A stretch of 29,376 bases of DNA from an uncultured virus (IMG/VR IMGVR_UViG_3300047157_000031) (Duplodnaviria; Heunggongvirae; Uroviricota; Caudoviricetes): the IMG/VR virus record IMGVR_UViG_3300047157_000031; one strand, written 5' to 3'. Positions within the stretch are counted from its first letter, which is position 1; the number at the start of each line of letters is the position of its first letter. The translations under genes were made by a program, and so were the position numbers. Below the pieces are notes generated by a model. That model saw nothing but the letters and a program-made list of their open reading frames with translations, did not search any database and was not told the DNA's origin. This document shows, in pieces, positions 1-9,615 of the stretch.

Positions 1-1872
1 CTATGGACAGACTTAATTAGGGATAACGGGTCTAGTGTATTAGCTAAAAGCTTTACAGATAAAACAGTCTTTGGTTGGTATAACTTAAGAGAGTTTAACA
101 GGAGTGGTTCGGACAATAGCTTTGAAGTTATACTCTGGACCAATGACACATTTGAATTTAGATATGGTGGTTTAGATATTATTAATCATGATGTTTTGAT
201 AGGTGAATCAGGCTCAACATCACAAGTGTACCAGTACCTTTTTCATGATGAATGTAATACAGGTACAACTAACATTACAGGTACATGTGTAAATACAAAT
301 TGGAATGACACGTCTAGCAATACTTTGTTGGAAAATGGAGGTTCTTTATATGGAGTAGGGTCGGGAAATGCTACAGATTGTAGTGACCCATTAAATGATA
401 CGAGTTGTTCAGGCTATGCAGCAGCTTATCTTACACAACAATGTGGTTTAGATTCTTTGCATGATATGGCATGTCCTAATTATTGGGAAGCTTATGATGA
501 CCAACAATGTCAAGAAGACCCTCAGTATGCTCCGTTCTGTGCAGGGTATACACAAGAAGCCTCAGTAGCTTTCTTTGATGATAGTAATGTAGATTATGGA
601 TATGAAGAAGAACATCATCAGGATGGAGGAGGTTATGAAGAAGACCCTTATTTAGGGTTAGAACTCACAGATGAAGAGTGGTACGAAATAGACGTAGAAG
701 AATTTGGACAAGAACAAGTAGACGAATGGTTTGGTGACGATTTACAGTTTAACGAAGATGGAATGGTTGACTGGGATTCTACACCACACGAAGACTACAT
801 AGACATAGAACCTTTAATGGATGTGTGGGAGATAGAACAAGAGCATCATGAAGTTGTTACGTATGACGTGCTTCCGATTGATGAAGTTTTGTTTATAAAT
901 GAATTAATAATAATAGAGGAAATCGAAAATGAAATTGTACATGAAGAAATGGAAAGAGAAAGCTTTGAAACAATGGAAGAACTTGACGAGTGGTTTGAAG
1001 AAGAAGTGGGTGAAGTTGAAGAAAGACTTGAAGAAAGACTCGCAGAAACTAACGAAGAAACTACAGAAGAAATACAAGACAACTTTCGTGAAGAAGAAGC
1101 CCACGAAGAAAGGGAAGTAGTTGAAGAACTATTTGCAGAAGAAGACGAGAGTAAACCTGAAGATGAACGTAGAAGTTCTGTTCGTGTCTCTGCTTTGGAT
1201 GTTGTAGCAGGTACAATAAGGACAGCTTCTAACAGCGTTAGTAGTGCTACCTATACCAGTAGTAGTTCAAATAGCTTAAGTTCCTCTACAGGCACGTATG
1301 GAGCTTCTAGCGGTACTTCTAGTGGTGGGGTAAGTACCAGTAATTCTCCTAGTATATCAGACCAAATAGCCTCATCTAACGTACAGACGAATCAAGTCTT
1401 ATCAATGAGTGCAGGAGGAGAGTCTTCTGTTGGAGGTTCAACATCATTTAGTATTACACCGATGCCAACACTAGACGAGTCTCCACAAGTTATGATGGCT
1501 GATGTACAGGTACAAGACATGCAAGGTGAAATTGATACAGCAGTCTCAGGAGTTATGACAGCCTCTGAAGCTGACCAAGTAGCCGACCAAATAATAGCAA
1601 ACAACATTAAAGAACAACAAGACGAGGCTGAAGAACAACAAGAAGAGACAGGACAGTACGCAGATAGTACAACTCTTGTTGCTTACTTAGGATATGTTGC
1701 AGGCTTTGATAGTTACAAAGATGCACAGATACCACAACAAGATACATGGTACGAGCCTAGAGCAATCTATGCAGGTGCTATATTAGATGATAACACACAG
1801 GCTTTTTATGGATTAGCAGGTGCTAGTCTAGAAACATTAGGTGATATGATAAACATGCAACCTAACTTATAA
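1..1872 (+). CDS. Large acidic protein, 5'-truncated by the window: NIDO-like beta domain, three Cys repeats, Glu-rich and Ser-rich regions
   Basis: Frame 1 is open from base 1 (LWTDLIRD...FGWYNLREF...NSFEVILWTNDTFEFRYG), so the 196 start in the track is internal. Repeats: CSDPLNDTSCSGY, CGLDSLHDMACPNY, CQEDPQYAPFCAGY. Confidence 0.7.
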   Translation, partial: LWTDLIRDNGSSVLAKSFTDKTVFGWYNLREFNRSGSDNSFEVILWTNDTFEFRYGGLDIINHDVLIGESGSTSQVYQYLFHDECNTGTTNITGTCVNTNWNDTSSNTLLENGGSLYGVGSGNATDCSDPLNDTSCSGYAAAYLTQQCGLDSLHDMACPNYWEAYDDQQCQEDPQYAPFCAGYTQEASVAFFDDSNVDYGYEEEHHQDGGGYEEDPYLGLELTDEEWYEIDVEEFGQEQVDEWFGDDLQFNEDGMVDWDSTPHEDYIDIEPLMDVWEIEQEHHEVVTYDVLPIDEVLFINELIIIEEIENEIVHEEMERESFETMEELDEWFEEEVGEVEERLEERLAETNEETTEEIQDNFREEEAHEEREVVEELFAEEDESKPEDERRSSVRVSALDVVAGTIRTASNSVSSATYTSSSSNSLSSSTGTYGASSGTSSGGVSTSNSPSISDQIASSNVQTNQVLSMSAGGESSVGGSTSFSITPMPTLDESPQVMMADVQVQDMQGEIDTAVSGVMTASEADQVADQIIANNIKEQQDEAEEQQEETGQYADSTTLVAYLGYVAGFDSYKDAQIPQQDTWYEPRAIYAGAILDDNTQAFYGLAGASLETLGDMINMQPNL

Positions 1873-1883
1873 CGGAGAAAAAT

Positions 1884-2222
1884 ATGGAATGGTTTGAAAA
1901 TAAAACAACACAACTAATTGCTTTAGTAGGAATTGTAGGTACGCTTGCAGGTTTTGGATACACAGGTGCAGAGTATGTCAATAGGTTAGAGAATCTTGAA
2001 GCTGCAATAGGTGGGATAGATGATACCGAAGATGCTCAGAAAATTATTGAAGAAAGATTTGTAGCTATAGAAACTTCTGTAACTTATTTAGAAAAACAAA
2101 TAGATGGAATTGTTATACCTGATAACAGTTCTGATATTGTTTCTCTCAAAACAGACGTAGCCACTATCAAAGCTGATGTAGCTACGCTTAAAGATGAGAA
2201 TAAGAATCCTTTAGCTAACTAG
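1884..2222 (+). CDS. Membrane-anchored coiled-coil protein
   Basis: GGAG RBS; N-terminal hydrophobic helix LIALVGIVGTLAGFGY; heptad pattern; C-terminal NPLAN. Confidence 0.75.
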   Translation: MEWFENKTTQLIALVGIVGTLAGFGYTGAEYVNRLENLEAAIGGIDDTEDAQKIIEERFVAIETSVTYLEKQIDGIVIPDNSSDIVSLKTDVATIKADVATLKDENKNPLAN

Positions 2223-2431
2223 AAAACAGAATTTAGTTGAGTCTCTATTTTTTTATGTAGAGGCTCTAGAACTATTTTAGCTTCTTGTAAGGCATTAAGG
2301 ATAACTACTCTATCATCTTTTTGAAATCTATGTATTTCTTCTTCAGGGAAGCTAGATAATTCTGTAACTAATTTGTTATCAGAATCAATAACTAACTTCC
2401 AACTAATAAGATTAGCTTCCGATGCTTTCAT
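2219..2431 (-). CDS. Hypothetical protein (last gene of minus-strand arm)
   Basis: 70 aa ORF overlapping the nrdB end, GGAG upstream; its stop overlaps the convergent plus-strand stop. Confidence 0.65.
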   Translation of the reverse strand: MKASEANLISWKLVIDSDNKLVTELSSFPEEEIHRFQKDDRVVILNALQEAKIVLEPLHKKIETQLNSVF

Positions 2432-3401
2432 TATTTATCTCCGTAAAGTTTACAACGTCCTGTTTACCACGAAGTCCTGCTTTCATGTAGGATGTTGCTC
2501 GACCTTCAAAGAAATTTTGGTGTTCGACACCCATTACTTCATCAATCCAACCCAAAGGATTTTCTCGTTGGTCATAATTTGTTTTTAATCCTAGCTGAAG
2601 TAATCTTCTATCAGCTATATATCTATTGTATGCATACATGTCTTTCTTAGTAAGACCTTGTATATCTCCCATATCAAACACCAAGTCTAAAAATTTATCT
2701 TCGTGTTCAACCATTTCTCTACAGATTTGATAAATCTCTGCTTTAAAATCATCTGTCCATATCTCTATGTTTTCTTGTATAAATTCTCTAAATAGTTTTG
2801 TCATAGCTTCAACGTGCATTGACTCGTCACGTATAGAATAAGTAACTATCTGCCCCATGCCTTTCATACGTCCGAAGCGTGGAAAGTTTAACAAGATTGC
2901 AAAGCTTGAAAACAACTGTAGTCCTTCTGTAAAAGCTGAGTAAACTGCAAGGGTCTTAGCAATACTTCTTTTATCTTTTATAGTAGGTTTAAACTCTGTA
3001 ACATACTCATGTTTCTTAGACATTTCTTCATACTCTGCAAAAGCTTTGTATTCTATTTCAGGCATGCCGACAGTATCTAGTAAAAGACTGTAAGCATGCT
3101 GATGTATAGACTCCATATTAGCAAATGAACCCATCATCATTCTTGCTTCAGGCTTTCTAAACATACGCATATATTTATCTACATAACCTGCTCCAACATC
3201 TACGTCTGATTGTGTAAACAATCTAAAGATTTGTGTAAGTAAATTCTTTTCTATATCTGTAAGCTCTTGCCAATCCTTTACGTCTGTATGTAAAGGGATT
3301 GACTCAGGCATCCAATGCATTTGATTTTGTAATACATAATAATCAAACATCCATGGGTGGTCAAAAGGTTTGTAATAATTTCTAGTGCTTAATAGGCTCA
3401 T
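2412..3401 (-). CDS. nrdB: Ribonucleotide reductase class Ia beta subunit
   Basis: Di-iron ligands FTQSD, ESIH, EGLQLFSSF, DESMH; radical Tyr in HQHAY; C-terminal NFFEGRATSY. Confidence 0.96.
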   Translation of the reverse strand: MSLLSTRNYYKPFDHPWMFDYYVLQNQMHWMPESIPLHTDVKDWQELTDIEKNLLTQIFRLFTQSDVDVGAGYVDKYMRMFRKPEARMMMGSFANMESIHQHAYSLLLDTVGMPEIEYKAFAEYEEMSKKHEYVTEFKPTIKDKRSIAKTLAVYSAFTEGLQLFSSFAILLNFPRFGRMKGMGQIVTYSIRDESMHVEAMTKLFREFIQENIEIWTDDFKAEIYQICREMVEHEDKFLDLVFDMGDIQGLTKKDMYAYNRYIADRRLLQLGLKTNYDQRENPLGWIDEVMGVEHQNFFEGRATSYMKAGLRGKQDVVNFTEINNESIGS

Positions 3402-3556
3402 ATTTTTTCCTGTTCTTCGGCATACTTTTTAAGTAGCCATTTGTTAAATTGTTTTTTATATTCTTGTTCTGTATAAGTTGTAGAGTGAGGGGTTTTGTTC
3501 TCATCACAATGGTCTAACCACATTCGTCTACAAAACTCACTAAATGAAGTATGCAT
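3398..3556 (-). CDS. Small hypothetical protein (52 aa, not in ORF track)
   Basis: Hand translation MHTSFSEFCRRMWLDHCDENKTPHSTTYTEQEYKKQFNKWLLKKYAEEQEKI; AAGGAG RBS; start and stop overlap both neighbours. Confidence 0.75.
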   Translation of the reverse strand: MHTSFSEFCRRMWLDHCDENKTPHSTTYTEQEYKKQFNKWLLKKYAEEQEKI

Positions 3557-3777
3557 TAAAACTCCTTAAGAAGCAAGTCTAACTTCTCTTGAGCAGTAGC
3601 CATTTTTTCTAAAAGGATATCCATAGATTCTATTATGTGTGGATGTTCTGCTACTCCCACACTAAGTTCTAAATAAGTATCTAATTCAGTCTTTGCTATA
3701 GCTATTTCAGCCTCATACTTTTTTTGTAAAGCATTAAATCTACTCTCATACATTCTATCAAATTTATCTTCTTTCAT
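3556..3777 (-). CDS. Hypothetical helical protein between nrdA and nrdB
   Basis: 73 aa ORF tightly packed in the operon; SVGVAEHP motif. Confidence 0.75.
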   Translation of the reverse strand: MKEDKFDRMYESRFNALQKKYEAEIAIAKTELDTYLELSVGVAEHPHIIESMDILLEKMATAQEKLDLLLKEF

Positions 3778-3780
3778 ATT

Positions 3781-5673
3781 TTATCCTTCACAGGCTATAC
3801 ACTCTGTGTCTTCTAAGTTAATTCTTGGTATCTTAATGTTTACATTTTCTGCATCTCGTGCTGACTCTGACCTAAAGTAATACAAAGACTTTAGTTTATG
3901 CATAGCATACCAATGAACATCATTAAGATACTGTAAGTATTCATCGTGTACTTCTTGAGTCTCTGTAGCTTTAGGAGATACAAAGAAAAGATTTACACTT
4001 TGACTTTGACAAACGTACTGTTGTCTCATGTGGGCATGTTCAACTATCCATATTTGATTTAGTTCATCTGCAGTTTTAAATATTTCTTTTTCTTTATCTG
4101 TAAAGATATCCATGCTCTGAATAGAACCTTTGTTTGCAGTTATTTCTTTCCAAATATTTGTTTTGTTTCCTTTCTTTTTAGCAATAATTTTATCTAAATA
4201 TTTATTTTTAACTTGGTACGAACCTGATAAAGTTTTGTGTGTAAATATGTTTGCACGATATGGTTCAATGCTAGGGGAAGTGCCACCACATATAATAGAA
4301 CTACTGGCATTAGGAGCAATAGCCATAAGATGAGCGTTACGCATACCTGAACCAGTAATATCAGGAGCTTCACCACGAGTCTCCGCAAGAACTTTACTTG
4401 CATGTACGGACTTTCTTTTAATATAACTAAAAGCTTTGTTGTTAAAACCTGTGGCAAAAATTCCTTCAAACGGAATGTTGTTCTTTTGAAGATAGGCATG
4501 GAAGCCCATTGCTCCCAAACCAAGTGACCTCTCTCTATAAGCTGAGAAGCTAGACTTAGTAAAGCCTTCTTTACCTTCTCGTATATGGTTTTTAAATCTT
4601 TTAAAGTTAGCATTGTAATCTCCTAATTCTGTTGTATCTATTGCATTATCTATAAAGTGTTGAATAACATTATCCAACATTGTAATTAAGTCTGATATAA
4701 AATTTTCATTTGTTGACCATTCATCATAGTGTTCTAAATTTACACTTGATAAACAACAGACTGCGGTTCTTTCTTCGTTAGTTGGTAATGTTATTTCAGA
4801 ACACAGATTGCTTTGTTTAATATCTAAGCCTAATGTTTTTTGTTCTTTAGGTAAAGCTTCATTACAAGTATCTATATTAACCATGTAAGGCTCACCCGTT
4901 TCTGCTCTAGCATTTATTATTTGCCACCATAAATCTCTAGCACTAACAGTCTTAACTGCTTCCCCTGTTTTAGGGTCTATTAATCTCCAGTCATTATCTT
5001 CTTGAACTGCTTGTAAAAAAGCATTCGTAAGATTAACTCCGTTGTGTATGTTAAGACATTTTCTATTAATGTCTCCACCTGATTCTTTGCGTATGTTTAT
5101 AAACTCTTCTATCTCAGGGTGGTCTATATCCATATATGAAGCATAGCTTCCTCGTCTTGTAACTCCCTGATTAAATGCTAACATCTGAGAGTCAACTACT
5201 TTCATAAATGGTATTGAACCAGTAGAACGACTATTGTTAGCAGTAGCAATCCCATTACTTCTAATATCTCCCCAATATCCACCAATACCTCCACCTGAAC
5301 TTGCGAGCCATATGTTCTCATCATAGTGAGCAGATAACCCGTCACGGCTATCAGGTACGTAATTGAGAAAGCAGCTAATAGGTAAACCCCTATTGGTTCC
5401 CCCATTACTAAGAATAGGAGTGCTAAACATGAACCATAAGTCGGAACTGTACTGATAAAGTCTTTGAGCCAACTGAAAATCTGTGACCCCTTTGAAGGTT
5501 GCTCCAAAAACTGAGGCTCTTGCGAATGCTTCTTGTGCATGTGTTTCTCCTGATGCTTCGTAAAGATATCTATCCTTTAGAGTATCTAAACTAAATTTAT
5601 TTAATTTGTTTTCTTTGTTGTAGTCTATTTTAATACCTAAGTATTCCTTCTGACCAACTTTATCTTCGACCAT
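3781..5673 (-). CDS. nrdA: Ribonucleotide reductase class Ia alpha subunit (short, no evident ATP cone)
   Basis: PISCF, SNLCSEI, APNASSS, YY pair (LYYFRS), C-terminal CIAC. Confidence 0.96.
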   Translation of the reverse strand: MVEDKVGQKEYLGIKIDYNKENKLNKFSLDTLKDRYLYEASGETHAQEAFARASVFGATFKGVTDFQLAQRLYQYSSDLWFMFSTPILSNGGTNRGLPISCFLNYVPDSRDGLSAHYDENIWLASSGGGIGGYWGDIRSNGIATANNSRSTGSIPFMKVVDSQMLAFNQGVTRRGSYASYMDIDHPEIEEFINIRKESGGDINRKCLNIHNGVNLTNAFLQAVQEDNDWRLIDPKTGEAVKTVSARDLWWQIINARAETGEPYMVNIDTCNEALPKEQKTLGLDIKQSNLCSEITLPTNEERTAVCCLSSVNLEHYDEWSTNENFISDLITMLDNVIQHFIDNAIDTTELGDYNANFKRFKNHIREGKEGFTKSSFSAYRERSLGLGAMGFHAYLQKNNIPFEGIFATGFNNKAFSYIKRKSVHASKVLAETRGEAPDITGSGMRNAHLMAIAPNASSSIICGGTSPSIEPYRANIFTHKTLSGSYQVKNKYLDKIIAKKKGNKTNIWKEITANKGSIQSMDIFTDKEKEIFKTADELNQIWIVEHAHMRQQYVCQSQSVNLFFVSPKATETQEVHDEYLQYLNDVHWYAMHKLKSLYYFRSESARDAENVNIKIPRINLEDTECIACEG

Positions 5674-5939
5674 TACTCCTTCTCCTTGTCGTTTAAGTGT
5701 AGTGCAATCAATGCATAGTGTATAATTTTAAGTAGGTCTGCATCAGACTTACCATTCTTCTTACCATACCTCATAGCATACTTCATGATGTTACCTATAC
5801 AGAAACCTTCACCATGTCCTGCATCAATAATCATATCAGTTGCTTGATACTTAGAGTGAGCATAGTGTTGTGTATAGGTGCTATCAATATATTGTTTAAC
5901 ACCATTTAAGTTTATGTTCTCATCAAATTTATATTCCAT
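5673..5939 (-). CDS. DUF3310-like protein (T7 gp1.7-related family)
   Basis: HY...GFCIGNIMKYAMRYGKKNG...DLLKIIHY pattern. Confidence 0.75.
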   Translation of the reverse strand: MEYKFDENINLNGVKQYIDSTYTQHYAHSKYQATDMIIDAGHGEGFCIGNIMKYAMRYGKKNGKSDADLLKIIHYALIALHLNDKEKE

Positions 5940-5941
5940 AT

Positions 5942-6373
5942 TTATATCCAGTCTTTAGGTAGTGTGTGTTCACTATACCATTTAAAATTATTTTTTTCTG
6001 CCCACTCAGCATGACTTCGTTTAGTTCCGTCCTTTCTTCTTTTAGCTTGAGGCATAGGAGAACTAGGACTAGAAAACAAAAAGACTAACTCTTGATTAGG
6101 TTTAAGACACTTACGTATCCAAACATATTTATTGTATTCTTGATAATCCCAAAATCTACCTTTAGCTTCAAGTAAGTATTCTACACCATTTATAACTTTT
6201 GTAAAGTCAGGTTCGTATTTATGTTCTACAACATAAGAAACTTTATCTGAATGGTGAGACCACTTAGATAAAACATTAGTATGTAGTTTATACTCCCACC
6301 CTGAATCATATCCTTTAGGAATATCTTTTTCGATAGGTCTAATCTTGCGAGGCTTACGATATCCTTTTCTCAT
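5942..6373 (-). CDS. T7 endonuclease I-like Holliday junction resolvase
   Basis: YDSGWE, YEPDF and EAKGRF motifs, matching T7 gp3 (RSGLE / YTPDF / ETKG). Confidence 0.85.
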   Translation of the reverse strand: MRKGYRKPRKIRPIEKDIPKGYDSGWEYKLHTNVLSKWSHHSDKVSYVVEHKYEPDFTKVINGVEYLLEAKGRFWDYQEYNKYVWIRKCLKPNQELVFLFSSPSSPMPQAKRRKDGTKRSHAEWAEKNNFKWYSEHTLPKDWI

Positions 6374-6590
6374 AAAATTCCTTTTTTAATTTTTTATTAA
6401 ACCATTTATGAGAAAAAGAAGAAAGCATTATCTTATTATTTGCAAACACATGAGTCTGCTCAGGCATGTAATCTTTAAAGTTTTTTGTAGTTATTTTTTC
6501 TAATTCTGCTTCAGGTAACAAAGACTGTAACCACTCAACTGTTAATTCTTTAGCTTGTCTTCTTATTTTTTTAGCTTGTCTACCATTCAT
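6354..6590 (-). CDS. Hypothetical basic protein
   Basis: 78 aa ORF overlapping both neighbours. Confidence 0.7.
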   Translation of the reverse strand: MNGRQAKKIRRQAKELTVEWLQSLLPEAELEKITTKNFKDYMPEQTHVFANNKIMLSSFSHKWFNKKLKKEFYEKRIS

Positions 6591-7471
6591 AATATTTCTC
6601 TTACATTAGGTAGCTTTTCTACCTTACTTAAATATACATTTCCTTTTGCATATGCAAATGTTCGTAATCCTTGACCTTCATTAGAGTCTTCATAGCAAAC
6701 AAATTTATGGGGACAGTAGTTGCATCCCATAGGTAATTTCATATTACCTGATACACCTTCTGCTATAACATTATAGCACCTGTCAGGTGGACTGTCAAGA
6801 GAAATCGCTTTTTTAACTTCTTTTATTTTATGTACGATGTTAGGCTTCTCTAAATCATCAGGTATAAACGTGGTTAGCTCGCCTGTTTCTTTATTCATTA
6901 CTAAGAAACCACCCTTAGAAGTTTGCTCTGCCTCTTCATATCCTGCAAGTTGTGATAGATATCCAAAGCTATCATTCTGTGCCAACGTACCTTCCTTAAA
7001 CTTTTTAAAGGCATAGCCTGATGCAGTCTTAACATCAATAACTTCTCCGTCTATAATAGAATCCATATGTCCTTTAATTCCTTGTACTGATATTTCTTTT
7101 TGTTCTCCTGAAACAACATGTCCTGAAAGACGAACAAAGAATAAAAGTAAAACCTCAAGTAAATGTCCATATAAAAACTTAATAAAAGTAGGCGGGTCTA
7201 TCTTTTCTTGATGTGCATCTGAAAGATTTAAGTCATACCATAATCTACGTAGTGGTCTACCAATGTTAGACATTCTTAAACCACTCTTAGGTCTAGGTTG
7301 AGGAGTTGCCCAACCTTTTAAAGCATCAGCCATGTCTTGACCAAACTTTTCATATTCTTTATCTGATATTTTTATAGCTTTATCTTCTGATAAAACACTA
7401 ATAGTTTTATAGATATCCTCTACAAGCGTATCTAGTTTAGGCAACTTCTTTTTTGTCTGTTTCTTTGTCAT
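6587..7471 (-). CDS. PD-(D/E)XK / Cas4-like exonuclease
   Basis: LRMSNIG, YGHLLE, GHMD...DVKTAS, YLSQLAGY, C-terminal CNYC...C. Start placed at MTKKQ (7471) rather than 7501. Confidence 0.8.
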   Translation of the reverse strand: MTKKQTKKKLPKLDTLVEDIYKTISVLSEDKAIKISDKEYEKFGQDMADALKGWATPQPRPKSGLRMSNIGRPLRRLWYDLNLSDAHQEKIDPPTFIKFLYGHLLEVLLLFFVRLSGHVVSGEQKEISVQGIKGHMDSIIDGEVIDVKTASGYAFKKFKEGTLAQNDSFGYLSQLAGYEEAEQTSKGGFLVMNKETGELTTFIPDDLEKPNIVHKIKEVKKAISLDSPPDRCYNVIAEGVSGNMKLPMGCNYCPHKFVCYEDSNEGQGLRTFAYAKGNVYLSKVEKLPNVREIL

Positions 7472-7877
7472 CTTTAATTTCTTTAAAAGCTTTAATAACA
7501 TCTGACGAGAATAGTTTCTGTAAGTTTACTAGAAACATACGACTCGCATTGTTATCTCCACCCGATACAGTTTTAAAAGTATCTAGTTTATCTACTATCT
7601 TTCTAAGAGTATCTGTGTGGAACACAAGAGTACAGTACTCGTCTTTACCTATGCAAAGATTATGAAACCAGTAATCAGATTCAGTTGCTCTGATACCTGA
7701 GGGCTTGCCCCATGATTCATACTCTATACAAATGTTACCTGACTTCTGCCAAATATCTCTTTCTGATTTGACTTCTATCTTTTTATTGGTAAGCATTTCT
7801 GCTATCTTATCCTCACGGATACTACCATATTGTAAATCTAAATCAAACTTCTTCCTATCTTTTTTAGTGGGTTTCAT
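7437..7877 (-). CDS. Putative restriction-endonuclease-fold protein
   Basis: IEVKSE (ExK), GNICIEY, KPSGI..TESDYW. Confidence 0.6.
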   Translation of the reverse strand: MKPTKKDRKKFDLDLQYGSIREDKIAEMLTNKKIEVKSERDIWQKSGNICIEYESWGKPSGIRATESDYWFHNLCIGKDEYCTLVFHTDTLRKIVDKLDTFKTVSGGDNNASRMFLVNLQKLFSSDVIKAFKEIKDDKETDKKEVA

Positions 7878-9603
7878 ACCAACTGTCTCCTATATTAAAT
7901 TCGCCCGTCAATGGACATCTTAAGTTATATTCTGTAGATGCTTGTTCTATACATCTAACTGCTAATGCACCTACCCCATTTGCATGGGATTCAGGTACTT
8001 CTATCTGCCATTCGTCATGAATATTAGCAACTATTTTAGCAGGGATAGTTCCTAATTCTAACATATCCGATAAAATAACTAAAGCTTTTTTCATAACTAT
8101 TGCACCTGCTCCTTGTAATAATGTATTCAAAGAAGCGTGTCTGTGTCTGATAAATATCTTACGTCCGTCTAAACCTTTTAAGTATCCTCTTGAAGACGCT
8201 CGTTCAACCCTGTCTCTAAGAGTTTTAAATGCAGGATTACTATTGATAAAAGACTCTCTAAGTTGTTTACCATGCTTTCTACTTCCTTGCACGATTGTAC
8301 CAAGCTTTTCGTCTCCTGCCCCGTAAATGAGTGCATAGATGAATGTTTTAGCCTGATTTCTTGATTCAAGTCCTGCAGACTTTTGGTTAGTTGTGTGAAT
8401 GTCTCCGTTGATAATTTCATTTATGTAATCCTCGTCAGCCATATAGTGTGCTAACAATCTTAATTCTAAACCACTAGCATCTATACCTACTAGCTTGTTC
8501 CCTTTATCTACTATCCAACAGGCTCTACATTCCTTACCATAAGGACTACTAACACTAGGAACTTGTGCCATGTTAGGATTTCTATGTGCCATTCTACCTG
8601 TGATTGCACCTGTAGACAACACCGCACCATGTACTCTGTCATCATCTTCTACTGAATCTAACCATGAACTAATCTGTGCAATTCTTTTTTGATACAACAG
8701 AAAGTCTGCGATTAACTTAGCTTCTTTAATGTGAGTTATGTTCTTTAGTGTGCCTTCATCTACAATAGGTTGACCTGTTGGTGTAAATTTATTAGGCTTC
8801 CAACCAAAACTAATTAAGTATTCACCAATCTGTTTACGAGAGCCTAAGTTAAATTCTACTAACTCTTTACGCATAAAAGGTTTCATGTTGCCTGATGCCT
8901 GTATGTCTGCATACTCGTATTCAGTTAAGCCTGACTTAGACAAAGTTTTATCTTGCTTTAGTTTAGGAATTACTTCTTTTACATCAACCCATTTAGGTTT
9001 AAAAGTTCTATGTACTTCATCCTGAACTTGTTTAATTTTACAATTTAATTCTGATAATAAATTTGTAGCAAACTCTATATCTATTTTAAAGCCATTACTT
9101 TTTTGTTGTTCTAAAATATAAGTTACATGATGTTCAAGTTCTATACTTTCTTTTGAAAAACCTGCGGATTCTTTTTTAAGATAATCAAATAAAAGTTTAT
9201 TGAGAACAACATCTTTTATACAATACTTTAAAGTATCTTTAGTATAAATATGAAAGTCCTCAGGGGGTAAGTCTTTTGCTACACCTAACTTAGAACCCCA
9301 AACTTTTAATGAATGTCCTTTCTCTCGTACAGGATTTAAAAGTCTAGATAATACTAAAGTGTCTACAACTTTTTCTTTGTCCCACAAGTCAATACCATGT
9401 AGTTTTTTAATTACAGGAATATCAAATCCTATAATGTTGTGACCTATAAGTTTATCAGCTTCTGCTAAGAAGTCTAAACCTTTTAAAATATTATCATCTA
9501 TAATGTCAAAGGTATACTGTTTATTGTTTTCGTCTATTGCTACAATACAATGTATCTCTGTAGCATGTAAATCGTCTGTCTCTATATCAAATACTAATTC
9601 CAC
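7864..9603 (-). CDS. polA: Family A DNA polymerase, T7 gp5-like (3'-5' exo + polymerase, Tyr762 type)
   Basis: ExoI FDIETD, GHNIIGFDIP; motif A DASGLELR; motif B RNQAKTFIYALIYG; motif C IHDE. Confidence 0.96.
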   Translation of the reverse strand: MELVFDIETDDLHATEIHCIVAIDENNKQYTFDIIDDNILKGLDFLAEADKLIGHNIIGFDIPVIKKLHGIDLWDKEKVVDTLVLSRLLNPVREKGHSLKVWGSKLGVAKDLPPEDFHIYTKDTLKYCIKDVVLNKLLFDYLKKESAGFSKESIELEHHVTYILEQQKSNGFKIDIEFATNLLSELNCKIKQVQDEVHRTFKPKWVDVKEVIPKLKQDKTLSKSGLTEYEYADIQASGNMKPFMRKELVEFNLGSRKQIGEYLISFGWKPNKFTPTGQPIVDEGTLKNITHIKEAKLIADFLLYQKRIAQISSWLDSVEDDDRVHGAVLSTGAITGRMAHRNPNMAQVPSVSSPYGKECRACWIVDKGNKLVGIDASGLELRLLAHYMADEDYINEIINGDIHTTNQKSAGLESRNQAKTFIYALIYGAGDEKLGTIVQGSRKHGKQLRESFINSNPAFKTLRDRVERASSRGYLKGLDGRKIFIRHRHASLNTLLQGAGAIVMKKALVILSDMLELGTIPAKIVANIHDEWQIEVPESHANGVGALAVRCIEQASTEYNLRCPLTGEFNIGDSWYETH

Positions 9604-9615
9604 ATAACTTCTCCA

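Noticed and set aside
846..1607. Antisense and alternate-frame ORFs (846-1082, 904-1104, 929-1120, 1392-1607) and similar ones inside nrdA, polA, primase, iscU and others
   Set aside because: Shadow ORFs produced by biased codon usage of the real genes; no RBS or recognisable motifs.
6587..7471. Cas4-like nuclease as evidence of a CRISPR system
   Set aside because: Solo Cas4-like nucleases are common in phage replication modules, and no array was seen.
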